Shown in pieces: positions 8,712 to 17,553 of a DNA stretch of 37,954 nt. This DNA is from a virus (lineage: Duplodnaviria > Caudoviricetes), in the IMG/VR virus record IMGVR_UViG_3300027798_002114, positions 1 through 37,954 of that record; one strand, given 5' to 3'. The position numbers and the translations under genes are program-made. How positions within the stretch are numbered: the first letter of the stretch is position 1; each line of letters begins with the position of its first letter. The notes beneath the pieces were generated by a model. It had not been told where the DNA came from. It searched no databases and was given only the letters and a program-made list of their open reading frames with translations.

Positions 8712-9780
8712 ATTTCTTTTCTTTTTCTAATTGAGGTATTTTATCTGGGTTAGCTTCCCATGAAGTTTTAGCTTGCTCACCTATTTTACCATCATATGGA
8801 CAAGGCGTACCTGCCGCCATCATAGCATCAAACACTCTTCTATCTTGACACATGGTAGCAACTGCGGCAACTTTCATACCCATATCAAAAAGAGTCTTAG
8901 ATAACTTTAAACGCTCACAATTCAAATCTCTAATTGTACCACCAGAAGATACGCCAAAGATTTGAGTCTGAACAGAACCAGAAGAACCTGTAGAACACAA
9001 ATCGTTGTTACCACCACTCATCATTGCAGGTGCTACAGCAGTTGGTGGAGGTTGAATCACACGCTGAGTAATTGTTGTTTCATTGATGTTGCGGTTAGTC
9101 ATATCACCAGAATTGATGTTCTGATTCACATTAGCATTTTGATTCACGTTTGTACTAGTGCTAGTTGACGCATTGACGTTGTTGTTATTATTTGTCATTG
9201 TGCCAGTGTTTTCATTCTTATTCACGTTTGTGCTAGTTGTTGTATTAACGTTTGTATTTTTATTGTCGCTTGTTGTTACGTTGTTATTGTTGTACGTCAT
9301 TGTACCAGTATTTTCATTTTTATTGATATTGGTAGATGTGCTAACGCTATTGTTATTGTTGTTGAACGTTTGGGTTCCACTATTAATATTTTCGTTTCTA
9401 TTGACGTTATTACTAGTCGTTGAATTGACATTGTTGTTATTGTTCGTCATTGTTCCAGTATTGACATTGTTGTTATTGTATGTCAATGTACCAGAGTTGA
9501 CGTTGTTATTATTAAACGTCTGAGTCCCGCTATTTACATTATTATTTGTGTTAACGTTTGTACTTGTACTGGTACTTGCGTTGGTGTTATTATTAGTATT
9601 TGTAGATGTACTATTTACAGTAGATGCACTTGTGGCCGTAGATGTGCTTGTTGCCGTACTGTTACTGTTAACCGTGCTTGTGCTTGTTGATGTATTGTTT
9701 GTGTTAACCGTAGTTGTATCTTGTGCCGCTACTGAAAGTGTTAAGAAGGCAACTAAGCCTACTATTACTTTTCTTTTCAT
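8644..9780 (-). CDS. Secreted Asn/Thr-rich repeat protein with a Cys-rich C-terminal domain
   Basis: Signal peptide; repeated NxNxGTxTxNNNN units; CERLKLSK...CQD...GTPCP; C-terminal hydrophobic stretch. Confidence 0.8.
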   Translation of the reverse strand: MKRKVIVGLVAFLTLSVAAQDTTTVNTNNTSTSTSTVNSNSTATSTSTATSASTVNSTSTNTNNNTNASTSTSTNVNTNNNVNSGTQTFNNNNVNSGTLTYNNNNVNTGTMTNNNNNVNSTTSNNVNRNENINSGTQTFNNNNNSVSTSTNINKNENTGTMTYNNNNVTTSDNKNTNVNTTTSTNVNKNENTGTMTNNNNNVNASTSTSTNVNQNANVNQNINSGDMTNRNINETTITQRVIQPPPTAVAPAMMSGGNNDLCSTGSSGSVQTQIFGVSSGGTIRDLNCERLKLSKTLFDMGMKVAAVATMCQDRRVFDAMMAAGTPCPYDGKIGEQAKTSWEANPDKIPQLEKEKKYETVKNIGFGSLLGIIVHAAFK

Positions 9781-9864
9781 GTTTTCGCTCCATGTGAGAA
9801 ATTATTTGTATATTATATTTACATACAGAGTTTCTAAAATTAAACTCCGATGTTATTTTTTTGT

Positions 9865-9911
9865 TAGGTGTAAATTTTTTAACACCCAATAGGTGTAAAT
9901 TTTTTAACACC
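9865..9911. repeat. Tandem 22-bp imperfect palindromes
   Basis: TAGGTGTAAATTTTTTAACACC at 9865-9886 and 9890-9911. Confidence 0.9.
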
Positions 9912-10048
9912 TATCGATCGTTCTTAGGGTTGGGTGTTTGAACTCGAGCCTTAGCTTCTTTCAGCATCTTCTCTGCAATAGGACTAGAGTGGTGCGGATG
10001 CGGTTTTGGGGGTGTTTTAAGTCTAGGCTTATGTTTGAACCAACTCAT
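9911..10048 (-). CDS. Small basic Pro/His-rich protein (45 aa), not in the ORF track
   Basis: MSWFKHKPRLKTPPKPHPHHSSPIAEKMLKEAKARVQTPNPKNDR; GGGAGA RBS and TAAATA upstream. Confidence 0.6.
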   Translation of the reverse strand: MSWFKHKPRLKTPPKPHPHHSSPIAEKMLKEAKARVQTPNPKNDR

Positions 10049-10114
10049 AAGAAATCTCCCTGTTGTTGCAAATTATTTACAACTCTAGGGAGATGATTTA
10101 TCTACAGCTATTAA

Positions 10115-11833
10115 TTAAGCAATACCAACCTGTGGACCAGCTTTACCTTGGCTATCATCAAAGTCAATGCCGCCTGTAATAACTACACTGCTGGCACCAG
10201 ATGTAAGCATGTCACCTGAGTTAATAACTGTATAGTTGCCGTTAGTTGGGTTAAGAACTAAGATAATGCCAACGTTGTCAGTTTGACTGTAAATTTGATA
10301 CCATGCTGCTGTTAGAATTGTTTTAAACTTTTCGTAGTCAATAGTACCATCTTCATTTGGAATGCTTGCAATCATCTCTTCGTCAAAAAACGGTCTGCCT
10401 TTTTCTGAAACAACTGCACCTACGGCAGTGATTAAGAATTCTGCCACAGCACCTTGTGGATTTACACCACGCTTGCCTTGTAGGCCCGGCGGTACTTGTG
10501 CATTAAAACTATCAAACCATTTAGGACTTGTCATGCTTGTAGGTTTAACAGATCCGGTTTCTTTCTTCTCACCAGTGCCTACTTTAGTTTTTACACCCTT
10601 AACAGTCTTATACTTAACAACTTCGCTGTAGTTTTTACCAATACTGTTAGGATCAACTCCTGCTGTTTCACATAGTGCTTTTAGTGCAGGGATAAATGTT
10701 TTCTTGCCAGCTGATCCTGCAAGCACACCACTACCACCTAAGCGGCCGCCACTGTTAGCATTTCGACTAGCTTTAACTTCAACATCGACTGGACTGCCGT
10801 CGGCGGAGACACTACTTAAATCTCCTTTGCCTCTAGATTTTGAAACAGGTTTGCAAAGAATAGATAGTCCAAGTTCTCCAGGGCCCCAGGCACCACCTCC
10901 TTGACCTGCATCTAATGCTAATAACTTATCAAATATTTTTTCATATATGTAGGCTAAGTCCGGATCGTTAATTAGTAATGCAATATTACCTTCAGACACT
11001 TCAAGCAAATCTGTAAACTCAATGATGCCTTCTTCGCATTGTTTCATAAAGTTTAAAATTTTAGGACTTTCTTTCTTAAAGTTTCTTAAGTTAGGAGGCT
11101 GATCTTTAAATCCTAAATCTTGGAAAATATTTTCTAATGGGTATAATAGTTTTTGATACAGTGCATTTGTTGTTACTTTCGGTCTCGGCGCAGGCAAGGG
11201 TTGATTTGGTACCTTTTGTCTTATTGCTTCGTCTCGATACCACGTGCGCAAGTCATCTAATACTCCTACTGCCTTACCAGCAAGTAAGTCTGCTGATTCT
11301 TTAACTTGTTTAAAGAATTGATCTACTGTTACTAGTGCTTCTGTCCCACCTGCTGTAAAAGCGGCTTTAATTTTTTTCTCACCGTTTTTATGCACATATC
11401 GCATCTCTTCGCGATACTCAGGATCCGTTCTTAGTTTATTCAACATTCGTGCTGCTATTGTAGGATCTTTTATTGCCTCGAGAGCCGCTTCGTACCAACT
11501 TTCATCACCTGGCTGTACTTCTTCGGCTAACGGCTCTTCTTCAGATTGTGGAGTAGCAGGTTGTGCTGTTGATTGCGGGGTAGCAGGTTGTGGTGCAGGC
11601 TGTGCTGTTGATTGCGGGGTAGCAGGTTGTGGTGCAGGTTTCTGTGTAGCCTGTTGCGATGGCTCTACTACATCTCTTAGTAAGCCTTGGAGTATACTTT
11701 TAGCTACAGAATGCACTGGATCCTCAGAAGGAACCATCTCTATAATGTTAATTAAAAGTTGTAAGTCATTTGCACTCTTACCTGTAGGTGGGGCAAACTC
11801 TAATAGGACTGATTTAAATTCACTGTATCTCAT
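10115..11833 (-). CDS. Large protein with a putative PD-(D/E)XK nuclease-like C-terminal domain; possibly virion-internal
   Basis: GPGELGL...KGDL...VEVKAS motif; N-terminus MRYSEF..LLE; PAPQPATPQSTAQ linker repeats. Confidence 0.55.
   Translation of the reverse strand: MRYSEFKSVLLEFAPPTGKSANDLQLLINIIEMVPSEDPVHSVAKSILQGLLRDVVEPSQQATQKPAPQPATPQSTAQPAPQPATPQSTAQPATPQSEEEPLAEEVQPGDESWYEAALEAIKDPTIAARMLNKLRTDPEYREEMRYVHKNGEKKIKAAFTAGGTEALVTVDQFFKQVKESADLLAGKAVGVLDDLRTWYRDEAIRQKVPNQPLPAPRPKVTTNALYQKLLYPLENIFQDLGFKDQPPNLRNFKKESPKILNFMKQCEEGIIEFTDLLEVSEGNIALLINDPDLAYIYEKIFDKLLALDAGQGGGAWGPGELGLSILCKPVSKSRGKGDLSSVSADGSPVDVEVKASRNANSGGRLGGSGVLAGSAGKKTFIPALKALCETAGVDPNSIGKNYSEVVKYKTVKGVKTKVGTGEKKETGSVKPTSMTSPKWFDSFNAQVPPGLQGKRGVNPQGAVAEFLITAVGAVVSEKGRPFFDEEMIASIPNEDGTIDYEKFKTILTAAWYQIYSQTDNVGIILVLNPTNGNYTVINSGDMLTSGASSVVITGGIDFDDSQGKAGPQVGIA
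11562..11638. repeat. In-frame 39-bp-period tandem repeat encoding a Pro/Gln/Ala linker
   Basis: Identical 38-mers at 11562-11599 and 11601-11638. Confidence 0.85.
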
Positions 11834-11843
11834 AGTCTAATAT

Positions 11844-12527
11844 TTAGCGTATTTCCGGGAACAGGCATTCCTGAATAAAATGGCGAACATCATCTTCACT
11901 GAGCCCTAAACTGACCATAACCTTAGGAGTATGGGGGTTTTGCTTTTGATTATCGCAGTAGAAGTTTTGGTAAGACGTAGTATCTATGACAGAATCGTGT
12001 GTTTCTCCCACAGTTTCTAAGTAATGATTTACCAATATACTAGCCAATGAACTGATCTGTTCTAACTCGGTTTCGTCGCTTACATTGCCCGCAGCTATCA
12101 TGTGTTGGCTAAAGATACGCTCAGCCCAGTCTGGTAACTTACGCTTTTTGTTCCATTCATACTGACCAACTTCTTCGCCAAAGTAATCAATCATAGGGTG
12201 AAACTTATCGTATGTTGGGCTATAATCAATGAAACAACCTGTAATCTTGTTTTTACCTGCTATTACGTCAAATCCAAATATAGGAGCAGGGTTTGTTGTA
12301 TGGGGGAACACACAGCAGTGCATCATCCAGAGTCCTTTGGTTTGTCTAGCATCCACAACATCAACGTGAGCCCTACGATAACTGTTACTGGTCCAAACAC
12401 GATTAACCCAACCAGGCTGATTAAAGCGATCCATGCCCGCTTCAAAGACCTCTGTTCCTGTTTCATTGAATTTTTTCTCTAGCAGGCCTTGAATGTTAAT
12501 TAGGGTGTCCCAAACATTACTCGCCAT
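11844..12527 (-). CDS. Ferredoxin-dependent bilin reductase (PcyA/PcyX-like)
   Basis: RRAHVDVVD, MHCCVFP...PIFGFDVI, LPDWAERIFS, QNFYCDNQKQNPHT; directly downstream of heme oxygenase. Confidence 0.85.
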   Translation of the reverse strand: MASNVWDTLINIQGLLEKKFNETGTEVFEAGMDRFNQPGWVNRVWTSNSYRRAHVDVVDARQTKGLWMMHCCVFPHTTNPAPIFGFDVIAGKNKITGCFIDYSPTYDKFHPMIDYFGEEVGQYEWNKKRKLPDWAERIFSQHMIAAGNVSDETELEQISSLASILVNHYLETVGETHDSVIDTTSYQNFYCDNQKQNPHTPKVMVSLGLSEDDVRHFIQECLFPEIR

Positions 12528-13062
12528 TATACAGATCTCTCATCATAGCAATAGCAAATTCAAACGCTATTTTAGCTTCATCACCAAGATCATCAGTAAG
12601 TGTTGCACGAATAGCCCCTTTCATTGCATCGGCATTTTCAAAATCATAAAACTTGCCACTGCTAATGTGTGCTACTTGTTTCTTAATAATCTGTCCACCA
12701 AATAAATCACCCATATGGCGGCAGTATAAATGAGCTTTAATTAAATGTTTGTTTTCTGCATCATTGCCTAATGCATGTAGGTATGCTTGGTATTCTAACG
12801 TTGCAGGAGTTAGGTAACAATATGTCCCATCATCTAGTTCTAGAAAATCTGCATATATACTCTTCAGACGGGGAAGGTCTGGCATTGTATCAAGAAATCC
12901 TTGACGCTTGCAATACCATTCAATAGGATCATAAATTGCTAACAAGTTATACAGGTAATTTTTGTAATCTTGTTTTTCAATTTTGCCACCAAGTAACATT
13001 TTAGCAAATTTGGTTGTTTCTGCCTCATGATGAAGGTCTTTGGTAATTTCTCTTAAGCTCAT
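12517..13062 (-). CDS. Heme oxygenase
   Basis: LREITKDLHHEAE (proximal His); AHLYCRHMGDLFGGQII. Confidence 0.9.
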   Translation of the reverse strand: MSLREITKDLHHEAETTKFAKMLLGGKIEKQDYKNYLYNLLAIYDPIEWYCKRQGFLDTMPDLPRLKSIYADFLELDDGTYCYLTPATLEYQAYLHALGNDAENKHLIKAHLYCRHMGDLFGGQIIKKQVAHISSGKFYDFENADAMKGAIRATLTDDLGDEAKIAFEFAIAMMRDLYNGE

Positions 13063-13361
13063 TCTTCTTCCATTTTAATTTGGAGTGGGAATCCATTTCC
13101 TCGAGCTAGGTTAGTTGCTTCAACTGCTTTGACTTCTGCAATTTCAAAACTATACACGCCGGCAATTCCACTGCCCTCAGTATGTATCTGAATTGTAATT
13201 GCCTTGGCAGTTTCTTGGCTATGCTTAAAGATTTCTGTTAAAATACCAATAACAAAATCCATTGGAGTATGATCATCATTTAATAAGATAACCTTCCAGC
13301 GATGTGGCTCTTCGACTTTTAATTTAATTTTTTCGTCAAGTTTTACGTCTGTTGCGCTCAT
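13059..13361 (-). CDS. clpS: Clp protease adaptor ClpS
   Basis: KVILLNDDHTPMDFV...IHTEG...EIAE.K...FPL. Confidence 0.93.
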   Translation of the reverse strand: MSATDVKLDEKIKLKVEEPHRWKVILLNDDHTPMDFVIGILTEIFKHSQETAKAITIQIHTEGSGIAGVYSFEIAEVKAVEATNLARGNGFPLQIKMEEE

Positions 13362-13384
13362 GTCATTCTCCATATAATTACATG

Positions 13385-13408
13385 TAAGGGGAAGTTTCCT
13401 TCCCCTTA
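13385..13408 (-). terminator. Hairpin after hsp20 (terminator or processing site)
   Basis: TAAGGGGAAG/CTTCCCCTTA perfect stem with a GAAA loop on minus; weak U tract. Confidence 0.5.
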
Positions 13409-13413
13409 TTATA

Positions 13414-13866
13414 TTACTTAACCTCTACAATGTCAATAACCCTGGCTTTCTTTTCTTCAGGGATAATGTATTCTAGAGTAATGCTAAGTACACCGTCTTT
13501 TATCTCAGCATTCTTAACAACCATGTGTTCGGCAAGTTGCCATGACCTTTCAAAATCACGACTGCTTAGACCTCTGTGTAAATATTGACGAGTAGTTGAC
13601 TCGTTTGGAGTTTCGCATGCTCCACGAACTGTTAGAATCTCCTGTTCAACTTCCACTGCAATCTCTGATTTTTTAAATCCAGCTACTGCGATTTCAATTG
13701 AGTAGGTGTTCTCTCCAGTCTTTACAATGTTGTGTGGAGGGTAGTTAGTTGATAACTGATTTGCAAAACGAGTTTCAAACCCATCGAACATTCGGTCAAA
13801 ACCAACAAGGGCTCTATTAAGTTGAGCTAGACTATTCGTATCAAAACGTGTTACTGTGCTATTCAT
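13414..13866 (-). CDS. Small heat-shock protein (Hsp20/IbpA family)
   Basis: NYPPHNI, IEIAVAGF, YLHRGLSSRDFERS, DGVLSI. Confidence 0.95.
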   Translation of the reverse strand: MNSTVTRFDTNSLAQLNRALVGFDRMFDGFETRFANQLSTNYPPHNIVKTGENTYSIEIAVAGFKKSEIAVEVEQEILTVRGACETPNESTTRQYLHRGLSSRDFERSWQLAEHMVVKNAEIKDGVLSITLEYIIPEEKKARVIDIVEVK

Positions 13867-13922
13867 AAAATTTCTCCTTTATTAAGCAAGAATCAAGTAG
13901 GGCCTCACCCGAGCACCCTACA
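13867..13922 (-). promoter_or_regulatory. ROSE-like RNA thermometer in the hsp20 5' UTR
   Basis: UUCUUGCUU-AAUA-AAGGAGAA hairpin with a bulged G opposite the SD, preceded by a UAGGG...CCCUA hairpin. Confidence 0.7.
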
Positions 13923-13945
13923 ATTATTTATAACCTGTGTCTGTG

Positions 13946-15817
13946 TTAATTAACTTCTGTAAACTCTGCGTCTACAGGAGTTTCATTTTTCTTAGTTTCT
14001 TCACGTTTGCTCTTAGCTTCCATTACTGGTTGAGCGGCTGCAATCAAATCGCTAAGTTTTTGTGTAATAGCATCTTTGTCTTCAGTTAGGACTGTAGTGT
14101 TAACAGCATCAATTGCCTCATTAACTTTGTCTTTCACTTCTTGTGACAAGTCTGCTTCTACTTCTTCCATATCCTTACGGATACTGTGTACTTGTGCTTC
14201 AACAGTGTTACGAGTTTCAATAACTTCACGTTGCTTTTTGTCGCTTTCAGCATTTACTTCAGCGTCTTGCACCATACGTTCAATTTCTTCTTTGCTTAGA
14301 CCACTATCTGATTTAATAGTGATCTTGTTTTCTTTACCTGTGTTCTTGTCCTTGGCACTGACATGCATGATACCGTTAGCATCAATGTCAAACGTAATTT
14401 CAATTTGAGGCTGACCGCGTCGTGCTGGAGGAATACCTTCAAGATTAAATTCACCTAGTAATTTATTATGTTGTACAAGCTCACGCTCACCCTGGAACGC
14501 CTTAATAGTTACCGCAGGTTGATTGTCATCTGCTGTTGAAAACACTTGACTGGCTTTGGTTGGAATAGTTGTATTCTTTTGAATTAACTTAGCCATAATG
14601 CCGCCCATTGTTTCAATACCTAGGCTCAATGGTGTAACGTCAAGCAATAGCACGTCATTACGATCGCCTGCTAGAACAGCACCTTGTACTGCGGCTCCGG
14701 CAGCAACTGCTTCATCTGGATTAACATCTTTACGTGGGGCTTTGCCAAACAGTTTCTCAACTGCTTCCTGTACCTTAGGCATACGTGTCATACCGCCAAC
14801 AAGAATAACTTCATCAATTTCACTAACATCTATGCCTGCATCTTTAATAGCAATTTTGCAAGGAGCAATTGAACGCTCAATTAGTTCATCAACTAGTTGT
14901 TCTAACTTAGCACGGCTAATAGTCACGTTCATGTGTTTAGGACCGCTTGCATCTGCTGTGATGTATGGCAAGTTAACACTTGTGCTAGCCGAACTGGACA
15001 ATTCGATCTTGGCTTTTTCAGCGGCTTCTTTAAGGCGCTGTAATGCCAACATGTCTTGCTTCAGGTCTACTGCATTGTCTTTCTTAAACTCGTCAACTAA
15101 GTAGTCCATGATACGTTGGTCAAAGTCTTCACCACCTAGGAATGTATCGCCATTTGTTGACAACACTTCGATTTGTTTGTCTCCGTCTACATTCGCGATT
15201 TCGATGATCGAAACATCGAACGTACCGCCACCAAGATCGTAAACAGCAATTTTGCGATCACGCTTATCAGTTTTATCAACGCCATAAGCAAGAGCTGCCG
15301 CAGTAGGCTCGTTAATAATACGGAGTACCTCCAAGCCGGCAATTTTACCAGCGTCTTTTGTAGCCTGTCTTTGGCTGTCGTTAAAATATGCAGGAACTGT
15401 GATAACTGCCTGCGTAACTGTTGTACCAAGATAATCCTCCGCTGTCTTTTTCATCTTACGCAGAACTTCTGCTGAGATCTGTGGAGGAGCCAACTTCTCT
15501 CCATTTGCTTCTACCCAAGCATCACCATTGTCTGCTTTAACAATCTTGTAAGGCATTAGGTCAATGTCTTTCTGTACAGCCTGCTCATCGAACTTACGTC
15601 CAATTAATCGCTTACTAGCATAGATTGTGTTTTTGGGGTTTGTTACTGCTTGACGCTTTGCGCTTGCGCCTACTAGAATTTCATCATTAGCGTATGCAAC
15701 AATACTAGGTGTAGTACGTGCGCCTTCTGAATTCTCAATTACTTTTGCGACTCCATTTTCAATAATCGCTACGCATGAATTTGTTGTACCTAAATCGATA
15801 CCGATGACTTTGCTCAT
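13946..15817 (-). CDS. dnaK: Chaperone DnaK (Hsp70)
   Basis: [27 protein letters not shown]-terminal DAEFTEV. Confidence 0.98.
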   Translation of the reverse strand: MSKVIGIDLGTTNSCVAIIENGVAKVIENSEGARTTPSIVAYANDEILVGASAKRQAVTNPKNTIYASKRLIGRKFDEQAVQKDIDLMPYKIVKADNGDAWVEANGEKLAPPQISAEVLRKMKKTAEDYLGTTVTQAVITVPAYFNDSQRQATKDAGKIAGLEVLRIINEPTAAALAYGVDKTDKRDRKIAVYDLGGGTFDVSIIEIANVDGDKQIEVLSTNGDTFLGGEDFDQRIMDYLVDEFKKDNAVDLKQDMLALQRLKEAAEKAKIELSSSASTSVNLPYITADASGPKHMNVTISRAKLEQLVDELIERSIAPCKIAIKDAGIDVSEIDEVILVGGMTRMPKVQEAVEKLFGKAPRKDVNPDEAVAAGAAVQGAVLAGDRNDVLLLDVTPLSLGIETMGGIMAKLIQKNTTIPTKASQVFSTADDNQPAVTIKAFQGERELVQHNKLLGEFNLEGIPPARRGQPQIEITFDIDANGIMHVSAKDKNTGKENKITIKSDSGLSKEEIERMVQDAEVNAESDKKQREVIETRNTVEAQVHSIRKDMEEVEADLSQEVKDKVNEAIDAVNTTVLTEDKDAITQKLSDLIAAAQPVMEAKSKREETKKNETPVDAEFTEVN

Positions 15818-15890
15818 AATGTTTCTCCTTAATTAAGCAAGATTTTGTGGACACCATGTCCTATACTAAACCCTTACGGCGTTTTAGTAC
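15818..15890 (-). promoter_or_regulatory. ROSE-like RNA thermometer in the dnaK 5' UTR
   Basis: Three hairpins; the last is UCUUGCUU-AAUU-AAGGAGA, occluding the SD. Confidence 0.6.
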
Positions 15891-15903
15891 ATAATTATTT
15901 ATC

Positions 15904-16188
15904 TCACATTTCGTGAACTATTTCAATTGTGGACCACTGCTTTAGCTTTTGAATTTTAGCTTCTCTAGCAGCCTCAATGTTGTTAAAACTAACTTCGTCC
16001 ATTTTTTGAAGAATATCAATCATGGCCATTAGGTCGCCAATTTCTTCTTCTAAATGTTGTCTGTTGGTTTTAGGTTTTCCGGGCTTGTAATTGTCCAAGC
16101 CAAATCTGTAGCACTTGCTAACAGCCTGGATAACTTCTGCGGCTTCTTCTTGTAGGATAGCCATAACTTCGTATGTTTGTTCGTCCAT
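15904..16188 (-). CDS. MazG-like NTP pyrophosphohydrolase
   Basis: EEAAEV...EEEIGDL motif; start taken as MDEQ at 16188. Confidence 0.75.
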   Translation of the reverse strand: MDEQTYEVMAILQEEAAEVIQAVSKCYRFGLDNYKPGKPKTNRQHLEEEIGDLMAMIDILQKMDEVSFNNIEAAREAKIQKLKQWSTIEIVHEM

Positions 16189-16189
16189 A

Positions 16190-16774
16190 TTATCTCTCTC
16201 TTGCAAATGGGCTAATGTATTGCCCGGCACTAGTAGTACTTGTCTTGAGTGTTTTAAAAACATTCTGCACACCCACTGCTTGATTCCACGCATCTTCTAG
16301 GGCATGATGTTTTAGCACAGGTGGACGATTTGGATTAATACCAATGTCAAACAGTGTACGTGTGCAACGTGCTTCCCAGAAACTCCAAGGCACTGCTTTG
16401 CCAATCTTTTTAAACACATGCTCGCAGATCACAATGTCAAATGCGGCACCATGGCTCCATACACGTTTAGCACCCCAACAAAATTTGTACAGTTGATTAA
16501 ATGCATCTACAATGTCAATTCTGTTGTCTTCGCTGAATGCTTCGTCTTGAGCTTCTTTACTTTGATTTGCCCACCAAGCAATTGTATCGTCATTGGTAGC
16601 TAGTCCAATGCGATCACAACTGTCCAAGTCTACGCGAACATAGAACTTTTCACATTTTGGATCTTTTATATCGTCGCCAAAGGGATCAAACTTTACTGCT
16701 CCGATCGTAAGAATGGCAGCATCCGGAGATGTTGCCAAAGTTTCTAAGTCGATCATAATATCTGTATTTGCCAT
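16190..16774 (-). CDS. DEDDh 3'-5' exonuclease (DexA/Rv2179c-like)
   Basis: MIDLETL, WSHGAAFD, HHALEDA. Confidence 0.88.
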   Translation of the reverse strand: MANTDIMIDLETLATSPDAAILTIGAVKFDPFGDDIKDPKCEKFYVRVDLDSCDRIGLATNDDTIAWWANQSKEAQDEAFSEDNRIDIVDAFNQLYKFCWGAKRVWSHGAAFDIVICEHVFKKIGKAVPWSFWEARCTRTLFDIGINPNRPPVLKHHALEDAWNQAVGVQNVFKTLKTSTTSAGQYISPFARER

Positions 16775-16799
16775 ATAAATTTCTTTCTTTAAGAAACTT

Positions 16800-16828
16800 A
16801 TTATAACATATACAGACTATTAGGTCAA
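16800..16828 (-). promoter_or_regulatory. Sigma70-type promoter TTGACC-N17-TATAAT
   Basis: Near-consensus hexamers with 17-nt spacing. Confidence 0.7.
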
Positions 16829-17058
16829 TACATTTTTTTAGGTAATGACTCTTTTTCTAACTGTTTTCGCCAACGAGCCTTGGCTGCACCTTTTTTACGT
16901 TTGCGTTCAGTAGTTGGTTTCTCATAAAACTCTTTTGATTGAAGAGTTTTAAGTGTGCCCAAATCTTCAATTTTATTTTTGAAGCGGCGTAGAGCACGAT
17001 TAACGTCTTCGCCTTCTTTTAGAACAATTACTGTTCCTTTGATATGATTATTCCTCAT
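16825..17058 (-). CDS. rpsU: Ribosomal protein bS21
   Basis: ALRRFKNK...EFYEKPTTERKRKK.AA.AR; start uncertain. Confidence 0.9.
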   Translation of the reverse strand: MRNNHIKGTVIVLKEGEDVNRALRRFKNKIEDLGTLKTLQSKEFYEKPTTERKRKKGAAKARWRKQLEKESLPKKMY

Positions 17059-17476
17059 CAGTTTCCTCTTCTGGTTCATCATTTGCTTGGTTTAGGGATT
17101 CTAAAATCCAGTCTAAATTATATATCCTATTGCGACTAATCAGCCCCCAAGGTGTGATTTCATCGCTGGTCAAATAGAATGTATTAGGTTGTGCTAGTAA
17201 AAAACTAACAAATTGTTTAGTAGTTGGATCGCAGTTATCAATATCTATAATGATAAAGTCAGCCTGTTGACTAACACTCAGCATCCACTCTACATTTGAT
17301 TCGTCTGTATCGTAGATATAGACATTTAAATCATCCATACTTTGGCTTAACAGTTGTTGGAACTGCATTTTTACCTTAGTACTTGGTTTGATTAACAGAT
17401 ATCCGGGATTAAGATTAAACAGCTTATCCGGTGGCGTGATTAAATTGATTCTTCCAAGGTTCATGTTTTCGTTCAT
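17048..17476 (-). CDS. Hypothetical protein
   Basis: 142-aa ORF packed into the operon. Confidence 0.7.
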   Translation of the reverse strand: MNENMNLGRINLITPPDKLFNLNPGYLLIKPSTKVKMQFQQLLSQSMDDLNVYIYDTDESNVEWMLSVSQQADFIIIDIDNCDPTTKQFVSFLLAQPNTFYLTSDEITPWGLISRNRIYNLDWILESLNQANDEPEEETDEE

Positions 17477-17553
17477 ATGTATTAATTAGCTGTCTCTGTG
17501 TTTAATACGGTTCCAAAGAGAGTTAGTAGTTTGTTCGCTATTTTGCACATAGC

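Noticed and set aside
9100-9720. Repetitive DNA as a possible CRISPR array
   Set aside because: In-frame coding low-complexity repeats; no constant repeat with unique spacers.
9158-9892. Leu/Val-rich plus-strand ORFs resembling membrane proteins
   Set aside because: Antisense shadows of the AAC/AAT/ACA-rich repeat gene.
14076-15475. Several antisense ORFs within dnaK (similar ones within nrdA and ahpD)
   Set aside because: Typical shadows of strongly biased coding sequence.
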